This document shows, piece by piece, positions 55,806 to 62,163 of a stretch of DNA of 62,163 nt. Source of the stretch: an uncultured Candidatus Saccharibacteria bacterium (GTDB taxonomy: Bacteria > Patescibacteriota > Minisyncoccia > Phycocordibacterales > VMEP01); contig CAZOFV010000005.1 of assembly GCA_964579635.1 (NCBI GenBank), forward strand, positions 1-62,163, in the 5' to 3' direction. The stretch's first letter is position 1, and each line of letters starts with the position of its first letter. The notes beneath the pieces were generated by a model that was given only the letters and a program-made list of their open reading frames with translations, was not told the origin of the DNA and ran no database searches. The position numbers and the translations under genes are program-made.

Positions 55806-55961
55806 ATGAATAAATGGAAAATACTATACTCCTTTCTCGCAGTAGAATTTGGAATATTTATGTTTGTATATGGAGGATATGATGATAGCCCTGGCGCACA
55901 AGGACTCGGACTCTTAATGGTAATTAGCGGTGTTGTAAGCGCGATAAAAAATAAAGTTTAA
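55806..55961 (+). CDS. 51-aa two-TM protein absent from the ORF track (MNKWKILYSFLAVEFGIFMFVYGGYDDSPGAQGLGLLMVISGVVSAIKNKV)
   Basis: Hand translation; TM-GGYDDSPG-TM; ends before a terminator. Confidence 0.65.
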   Translation: MNKWKILYSFLAVEFGIFMFVYGGYDDSPGAQGLGLLMVISGVVSAIKNKV

Positions 55962-55979
55962 TTATTACTAGACAAAAAA

Positions 55980-56005
55980 ATAAACGCCGATTGCTAGGCG
56001 TTTAT
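55980..56005. terminator. Bidirectional terminator
   Basis: ATAAACGCC/GGCGTTTAT between convergent genes. Confidence 0.75.
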
Positions 56006-56039
56006 TAATTTAGCTAATTAATATACCTGCCATGAATGT

Positions 56040-56711
56040 TCAGAAAACAGGCGTCTTAACTTCATCAGAGTACATGTAGTTGAAGTTTCTGAGTGCCCTC
56101 GCGGTCATACTCCTTTCTTGAGAGCCAAGAAAATTCAAGACTTCATCGGCATGAAATTTTTCTCGGAGAATTTCTTGCCGTTCCACAAACCTCGGACAAA
56201 CAGACCTCAGTACGATAACGGCGCTGCCAAACGATTTCGACATCAGCTGAAAGGCCCGGCTAAACCAATCGTCCTTCCCATCCGAAGACTTGGCGAGCCC
56301 TTTATACAAACTGGTGCCAAGGTTGGCCACGTATTCAAGAGATCGTGGCTCGTGCCGATTAAGACTCCTCTCCGGGAAAAAAGCTACGTACTGCAAGCTC
56401 ATGTCAGCGACATCTTGAACACAAACTTGGTCAATTTTTGATATACCGAAAACATACTGGTAAAAATCAAAAGCTGACAACTGCTCGAAAAGTTCCGCCC
56501 GACCCATAAAACGGTTGAGCATTGTGGCGAGATAGTCCCTGACCATCTCGTCAACGGGTACCCTTGATTTTGTGCACGCTTCACTCAAAAGCAGATACCA
56601 CTGATGCTCTGGAGACTCTGCGCGCACAAACCCCATTTCGTTTAACGTCTGAAAACTAGCTTCTTTTTTTACATCTTCTGGCTTAGCGAGAACAACCATA
56701 TTATTATCCAT
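56040..56711 (-). CDS. 223-aa helical hypothetical protein in its own expression unit
   Basis: AAAGGAGA RBS, TTTACA-16-TACGAT promoter (56774-56747), GC-richer codons. Confidence 0.8.
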   Translation of the reverse strand: MDNNMVVLAKPEDVKKEASFQTLNEMGFVRAESPEHQWYLLLSEACTKSRVPVDEMVRDYLATMLNRFMGRAELFEQLSAFDFYQYVFGISKIDQVCVQDVADMSLQYVAFFPERSLNRHEPRSLEYVANLGTSLYKGLAKSSDGKDDWFSRAFQLMSKSFGSAVIVLRSVCPRFVERQEILREKFHADEVLNFLGSQERSMTARALRNFNYMYSDEVKTPVF

Positions 56712-56837
56712 GACACATTCTCCTTTTTTAATAGAGCTCCGTTTTCATCGTACACCTCAAGGGCCCGATGTAAAGACTCAAACGAAAACACAGCTATTTT
56801 AATTTTTATTATATTAAAACAATAAAGTAGTTATTTT

Positions 56838-57569
56838 CTAGGACCACTCCCCAACCCTTGTCCTCTTAATTGAGTAAGCCAAAGCCGGTGCTCCTAATTT
56901 TTCGCCTAAAGCATAAGCAAACTGCCTGACGTAAAAACCAGACGATACCTGTAGTTCCACCTCAAACAAATCAAATTCAATATTTTTATTTTCTAGTAAT
57001 AATTCCCATTTGTTTTTAATCTCATCTTGCCTAAAATCACCAGAAACTAAACCAATTGAAAATAATGTATTTTGAAGAACCTCTCCGCTTTTAATTTTTC
57101 TCTGAGAAATTACAGTAATTTTATTTAAGGAAACTTCGTGTTCAGGAATATCTACAGCCTCCCCCTTCCTACTCAATTCATGAAGTTGCACCCCTCCAAC
57201 CGTTTTTGAAGAAAATGCTGGATACTTTTGAGAAAACTTTCCAAGAAAAGTATTGGCCATTTCGTTAAATTTTTCCCCACCAACCAACCCTTCTTTAATT
57301 TCATTTACCAGCCCAAGTAAATCGTGTGTATCGGTTGATATACCAAATAATATCTCCGCAATATATGTTTTATCTAATCCCAAATATTTTTCTCTCTCCT
57401 TGTTTGCATCCCCAACAAGTACTAGCATCAACCCTTCTGCAAGCGGGTCAAGCCGTCCCGCATAAGATAATATTTCTTTTTCTAATTCTGGCCTTTCTTT
57501 TCTTAAACGAGAAAGTGACTGAAGAGGCGTCTCCCCTTTCTTTTTGTAGATGGTTAAAACTGAACCCAT
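56838..57569 (-). CDS. truB: TruB-like pseudouridine synthase (short, no PUA domain)
   Basis: KKKGETP, YAGRLDPLAEG, VSSGFYVR. Confidence 0.8.
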   Translation of the reverse strand: MGSVLTIYKKKGETPLQSLSRLRKERPELEKEILSYAGRLDPLAEGLMLVLVGDANKEREKYLGLDKTYIAEILFGISTDTHDLLGLVNEIKEGLVGGEKFNEMANTFLGKFSQKYPAFSSKTVGGVQLHELSRKGEAVDIPEHEVSLNKITVISQRKIKSGEVLQNTLFSIGLVSGDFRQDEIKNKWELLLENKNIEFDLFEVELQVSSGFYVRQFAYALGEKLGAPALAYSIKRTRVGEWS

Positions 57570-57570
57570 T

Positions 57571-57981
57571 TTATTTATGACACTTTATACACCTACAGCC
57601 GTGTTTTTTTATATAAGCATCAAAATACTCCTTATCATAGTCGTAGTTTAATTCTTCTCCTGCTTTGATGTTTTTCTTAGCCATAATAAATACACGAGCT
57701 TTCCATATTTCAGCCTCACAATTTGGTAAACAAGAATGATTTATATATCTAGCTTTATTAGTTTTTGCGCTACCATCAATCGTTTTCTTAGAATTTATTT
57801 CAAACAAATACTTTCCCCTACTACTAATTTGTTCTTCTTTAGAAATCTCCCGGCCAACATATTCAATAATACAAGACCCTTTCTTTATGGGAGTAAGAGT
57901 AAAAAGGCCAAGCCCTGTTTTCGAGCGCTTAACCACTAAATCATATTCACCTGGTTCAAATTTTCTTTTTCTCACAAGCAC
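57571..57981 (-). CDS. SET domain protein with post-SET Cys motif
   Basis: GLGLF, ARYINHSC.PN, GEELNYDY, CRCIKC. Confidence 0.9.
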   Translation of the reverse strand: MLVRKRKFEPGEYDLVVKRSKTGLGLFTLTPIKKGSCIIEYVGREISKEEQISSRGKYLFEINSKKTIDGSAKTNKARYINHSCLPNCEAEIWKARVFIMAKKNIKAGEELNYDYDKEYFDAYIKKHGCRCIKCHK

Positions 57982-58063
57982 ATATATTACACGTAGATTT
58001 AAAATTTCAAAATCTATATACCTAAATTACCCCCGTTAGTCGTGATAGAATATTATTGCTTTT

Positions 58064-58975
58064 ATGAAAGAATTTTTTGAGCGCCAAATATCGTTTAGTT
58101 TATTTAAAATTGTTCTTGCGATAATTATTACCATCTCCATATTTTCATACGGAGTTATTAAATACTATTCACTTAATAAAAATCTAACTCAAACAAAAGA
58201 ACAATTTGAAGCAACATCTCAAAGCCTGCAAGGAGATATCAGAAAACTAGAAACACATCTTGCTAGCACGACCAATGAAAATATCTTCCTTAACGATTTT
58301 TTAACAGTTCTTAAAACGCGAAATACTGATTATAAAAATGAAATAGAAGACATAAACCTAACAGTATCAAACCTTAAAAAACTCACTTCCACCGACCCAG
58401 AACTTTTACAAAAATACTCAAAAATATACTTTCTAAACGAAAACTATATCCCTGCAGAATTATCGCTCATAGACACATCGTTCTTATTCCGTAAAGAAAA
58501 ACCAGAGCAAATTCACAGCAAGGTTAAGCCGTTTCTTGAAATGTTAGTGCTCGCTGCCCGCGCTGATGGAATTGATATCAGTGTTGTTTCTGGATACCGA
58601 TCGTTCGGCACACAATCGGCTCTAAAATCACAGTACTCTGTTCTTTATGGAACAAATGGGGCAAGTCGGTTTTCTGCAGACCAAGGATACTCCGAACACC
58701 AACTCGGCTCAACAATAGACTTCACAACAAAAAAGAACGGCGTAATGTTCGTTGGTTTTGATAAATCACCGGCTTATTTGTGGCTCAACCAAAACGCACA
58801 CCGTTTTGGTTTTACTCTCTCCTACCCCGCAAACAATAAATATTATGTTTTTGAACCATGGCACTGGCGTTTTATCGGAGTTGAATTTGCAACCAAACTA
58901 CACGAAGAAAATAAATACTTCAACGACCAAGCAGAGCGTGACATAAAACCATATCTTATAAAACTCTTTGATTAA
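58064..58975 (+). CDS. Membrane-anchored M15B D,D-carboxypeptidase (VanY-like) with coiled coil
   Basis: SGYRS, SEHQLG..ID, EPWHWR. Confidence 0.88.
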   Translation: MKEFFERQISFSLFKIVLAIIITISIFSYGVIKYYSLNKNLTQTKEQFEATSQSLQGDIRKLETHLASTTNENIFLNDFLTVLKTRNTDYKNEIEDINLTVSNLKKLTSTDPELLQKYSKIYFLNENYIPAELSLIDTSFLFRKEKPEQIHSKVKPFLEMLVLAARADGIDISVVSGYRSFGTQSALKSQYSVLYGTNGASRFSADQGYSEHQLGSTIDFTTKKNGVMFVGFDKSPAYLWLNQNAHRFGFTLSYPANNKYYVFEPWHWRFIGVEFATKLHEENKYFNDQAERDIKPYLIKLFD

Positions 58976-58982
58976 ATAAAGT

Positions 58983-60410
58983 TTAAACTACCTGGAAGTT
59001 CTTAAACTGCCATGGGTCACTTTCATCAACATCTTGAGGAAAAAGAGGAAGTTCTTCGGCGCTACGTTTATATAAAGGAGTCCAATCGGTATATTCTCCA
59101 ACAACCTCACCCAAATAAGGGCGAGCGATTTCCAGTATTCTTTCATGGTCCATTTCATCAGCATCAACAACTCCCCTTCTTGGGTTTTCAAGAGTCCAAA
59201 TAAAACCAGCTAAAACAGAAGCTGTCACCTGTAGACTAGTGGCACTATTGTGTGGAATCAACTTGCGCGCCTGGTCTACAGAAAGTCTTGAGCCATACCA
59301 ATACGCATTCTTTTTATGCCCCATAACCAAAATACCGAGCTCATCAAGGCCATCAACAATCTCGTCGACAATAAGGCGGTGTTTTTTTTGAAGTTCACCA
59401 TTATCACCAGCAACTTCGTGTAAAGATAGGACTGCACCATCGCAAGGGTGATAAGCATAGTGAACAGTTGGTCTATAAACTGGATTACCACTAACTTCAT
59501 CAAAAACCGTAAAATAATCAGCCAGTGAAATCGATTCATTGTGAGTAATTGCAAAACCATGATATGGACCTTCAAGTGGAGTCCACGAACGAACGCGGGT
59601 TAAAAATCCCGGCTGTTCCAAATATATAGCACTCTTACAACCACGCTCGTGATTTTTCCCATTTTTAGGAAAATGTTTTTCGTGAGTCCCCCACCCAATT
59701 TCAGACGGCTGACTACCTTCACTATAAAAACCATCAATTGACCACGTATTCACAAATTCACCACGCTTTTTAGGAATAGCTGATATTTGAGTATCACGTT
59801 CAGCAACGTGCATTACCTTAATACCAAGATCTCTTGCAAGACTAGCCCATTCTTTTTTGTTTTTAGGAAAAGAAAACTTCACCCCTGTGTCTTTTGCGAT
59901 ATTAATAATGGCTTCTTTTGCCATATGAGAAATCAATCCTGGATTAGCTCCATGAGCAACAACGGCCGTCGGGGCATCGTCAGACGAACGTAAAGCACGA
60001 GCGCTTTCGCGTAGTGAATAATTTGTCCTTTCTGCCATTGGGAAATCTGGATCTGTATATGTCCCAGCCCATGGTTCAATACAAGTATCAAGATATAAAA
60101 TATCTTTTTCTTTACAATATTTAATTAAAGAAACAGAAGAAACGTCAACCGATAAATTTAAAATAAAATCTCCCTTTCCAACATATTTTGAAATTAAAGA
60201 TAAATAATTTTCTTTTGTGACTGGCTCTAAAATAAAATTAATTCCGTATTTTTCGGCCACTTCCATCCCCCTTTTGTCAGCAGTTATTATATTTATTTTT
60301 TTAGTGTCTATCTCAACATGACGAAGAATAAGAGGTAAAACTCCCTGGCCAATACTACCAAACCCTATTATTAATAGATTTCCGTTGAATACTAAGTGTT
60401 TTTTATCCAT
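58983..60410 (-). CDS. hss: Homospermidine synthase
   Basis: GFGSIGQG Rossmann, HGANPG, EFVNTWSIDGF..EG.QP.E.GWG. Confidence 0.9.
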   Translation of the reverse strand: MDKKHLVFNGNLLIIGFGSIGQGVLPLILRHVEIDTKKINIITADKRGMEVAEKYGINFILEPVTKENYLSLISKYVGKGDFILNLSVDVSSVSLIKYCKEKDILYLDTCIEPWAGTYTDPDFPMAERTNYSLRESARALRSSDDAPTAVVAHGANPGLISHMAKEAIINIAKDTGVKFSFPKNKKEWASLARDLGIKVMHVAERDTQISAIPKKRGEFVNTWSIDGFYSEGSQPSEIGWGTHEKHFPKNGKNHERGCKSAIYLEQPGFLTRVRSWTPLEGPYHGFAITHNESISLADYFTVFDEVSGNPVYRPTVHYAYHPCDGAVLSLHEVAGDNGELQKKHRLIVDEIVDGLDELGILVMGHKKNAYWYGSRLSVDQARKLIPHNSATSLQVTASVLAGFIWTLENPRRGVVDADEMDHERILEIARPYLGEVVGEYTDWTPLYKRSAEELPLFPQDVDESDPWQFKNFQVV

Positions 60411-60557
60411 TTCCCGCCTTAAACCAATCTATAAGAGAATAGTGGTCAAATTCAATAATAATTACTTTGTTCGAGAAAATATACCGTAAAATACCATGTG
60501 TGTCAAAAAAATAACGCTAGAGATATTTATTCTTATAGTATAATTAAAAAACTAATC

Positions 60558-60923
60558 ATGAATAAAAGTTTTATAAAAAGTTTTGAATTTGCAATAAACG
60601 GAATAAAAACTGCATGGAAAGAAGAGTCTAATTTTAAGATTGAAATCTTTCTCGGGGCCATAGTGATTGCTCTTGCTTTATCACTTCAAGTTAACCTTAC
60701 CCAATTTGCGATAATTTTTCTTATGATAATTATTGTTTTAACAGTAGAAATCTTAAACACAGCCTTTGAAGAATTATGCGACAAACTCCAACCAGAAAAC
60801 GACCCACATGTAGAAAAAATTAAAGATCTTGCGGCTGCCGCTGTTCTTATTTCATCTTTTGGTGCCGGAGCGGTGGGAATTTTTATTTTTGGACCATACT
60901 TATTAGAATTTTGTTTAAAATAA
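60558..60923 (+). CDS. dgkA: Diacylglycerol/undecaprenol kinase family
   Basis: EILNTAFEELCD, KIKDLAAAAV; start moved to ATG 60558. Confidence 0.88.
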   Translation: MNKSFIKSFEFAINGIKTAWKEESNFKIEIFLGAIVIALALSLQVNLTQFAIIFLMIIIVLTVEILNTAFEELCDKLQPENDPHVEKIKDLAAAAVLISSFGAGAVGIFIFGPYLLEFCLK

Positions 60924-61004
60924 CAAATCACTTCAATTTTCCTCACACAAGATGCGTAGGTGGTTAAAACTGTGCTGTTGTGATAGAAATACTGATAAAT
61001 ACAC

Positions 61005-61745
61005 ATGATTGTTAAAAAACCACGCAAAAAAGTCTTTAAAAAAAAGCTTCCTGGCAAAGCTGATCGCGCCGGGCTTATTCGTCTTAATAAGTATTTAAGA
61101 GATAAGGGCTATGCTTCCCGCAAAGAAGCGGACGTTCTTATTGAAAAAGGATTTATTTTAGTTAACGGCAAGCGCGCAGAAATTGGAATGCTTGTTGGAG
61201 AGAAAGACACCGTAACGTTAAAAGAAAACAAGGCAAAGAAAAAAACTTATCTTGCTTACAACAAACCACGTGGACTTGCCACCCAAGCACTCGGTGATTC
61301 CCCTTCTGTAATTAGCGAATGGCAGAAAAAGGGATTATTCCCAGTTGGCCGACTAGACAAAGAGTCTGAAGGTTTACTTCTTTTAACAGACGACGGAAGG
61401 ATCACAACTTCAATTCTTGGAAAAGATTCAAAAACTGAAAAAGAATACACGGTAAAAGTCCGCGAAAAGCTACGCCCTGGATTAATTGCTATCTTTGAGA
61501 AAGGAATGGATACGGAAACTTTTGGAAAACTACTACCAGCAAAAGCAAAAATTTTAAGCGACAATACAATATCTATATCAATACACGAAGGAAAAAGGCA
61601 TCAAATCAGAATAATGTTAAGCGAATTAAACTATACCGTTAATTCTCTAAAAAGAGTCCGTATCGGTAAAATTTCTCTAGGAAATTTAAAATCTGGTAGC
61701 ACGCGACCGCTTAACGAAAACGAAGTTGCTAGTTTGTTTAATTAA
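61005..61745 (+). CDS. S4-domain pseudouridine synthase (RluB/RluF/RsuA family)
   Basis: RLNKYL...SRKEAD, PVGRLDKESEGLLLLT, EGKRHQIR. Confidence 0.92.
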   Translation: MIVKKPRKKVFKKKLPGKADRAGLIRLNKYLRDKGYASRKEADVLIEKGFILVNGKRAEIGMLVGEKDTVTLKENKAKKKTYLAYNKPRGLATQALGDSPSVISEWQKKGLFPVGRLDKESEGLLLLTDDGRITTSILGKDSKTEKEYTVKVREKLRPGLIAIFEKGMDTETFGKLLPAKAKILSDNTISISIHEGKRHQIRIMLSELNYTVNSLKRVRIGKISLGNLKSGSTRPLNENEVASLFN

Positions 61746-61760
61746 AACATCTATAAAACA

Positions 61761-61790
61761 AAAACATCCGCCTAGTAGCGGATGTTTTTT
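61761..61790. terminator. Bidirectional terminator
   Basis: AAAAACATCCGC-CTAGTA-GCGGATGTTTTT. Confidence 0.8.
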
Positions 61791-61806
61791 GTAAAACAGA
61801 ATATTT

Positions 61807-62016
61807 TTATACGCCCATTCCATCAGAACTACAAGCTCTGCAATTACCCTTGTGGGTTACTACTTCATACACAGCTGCCAAACCAACTAAAATATAAACA
61901 ACCTGAGCGACTGTTTCGCCAAGCAGAGCAACTGCATTAAAACCAAAAGCCACAAGCAACCAGTTCAAACCCCCAGCGATGAGAAGAATGAACGAAACAA
62001 TGTGAAGCCATTTCAT
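61807..62016 (-). CDS. DUF378 family small membrane protein
   Basis: LLIAGGLNWLL, VYILVGLAAVY. Confidence 0.85.
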   Translation of the reverse strand: MKWLHIVSFILLIAGGLNWLLVAFGFNAVALLGETVAQVVYILVGLAAVYEVVTHKGNCRACSSDGMGV

Positions 62017-62163
62017 ATGTTTTTTAGTTTTTACTAAAATTTATAAATCGACGCTTACTAATATTGTAGTACTTGAGCAAAAGCACGCTAGTGAGTAATA
62101 CACAGGGGCGTATTAAGGTCAATACCTTGGAATCACTTCTGTAGCATTTGTATTGGCGTTTTG

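Noticed and set aside
2147-61564. Many 60-150-aa ORFs overlapping housekeeping genes
   Set aside because: Fully nested in well-supported genes, with no motifs or RBS
1-62163. Alternative genetic code 25, DGR, rRNA, tmRNA, RNase P RNA
   Set aside because: TGA terminates conserved genes normally; no reverse transcriptase, TR/VR pair or conserved RNA signatures seen

Overview
About 62 kb of an AT-rich bacterial chromosome in genetic code 11 (TGA is a stop). Compact housekeeping genes without Shine-Dalgarno (SD) motifs, short GltX/ProS/HolB/TruB forms, a helicase-degenerate PriA and the presence of L9 suggest Patescibacteria/CPR, probably Parcubacteria; this is inference, with no database search. 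The backbone covers cell wall and division (dacA-like, mraY-ftsW-murG, mraZ-rsmH-ftsL-ftsI-murF, mrdA-mreDCB, a second mreB, murA, M23 and M15 peptidases), translation (gltX, cysS, lysS, proS, rpmA, rplI, rplU, frr, def, fmt, hpf, two pseudouridine synthases, tRNA-Glu, tRNA-Asn) and DNA metabolism (dnaB, recR, rmuC, priA, holB-like, two Cas4-like nucleases). The most unusual signals are: (1) eight solitary ORFan genes with their own promoter, purine-rich RBS (AAAGGAGA four times) and terminator, mostly with GC-rich codons; (2) a promoter- and terminator-bounded ~100-nt RNA with exposed anti-SD motifs; (3) an islet at tRNA-Glu with a gene flanked by 53-bp strand-biased hairpin repeats and an RHH/2TM/Cas2-VapD-like triad; (4) nested palindromes built from tRNA-Asn ends; (5) a dispersed CTGCTG-loop palindromic repeat family with compensatory changes. 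No CRISPR array, integrase, transposase or rRNA was seen.
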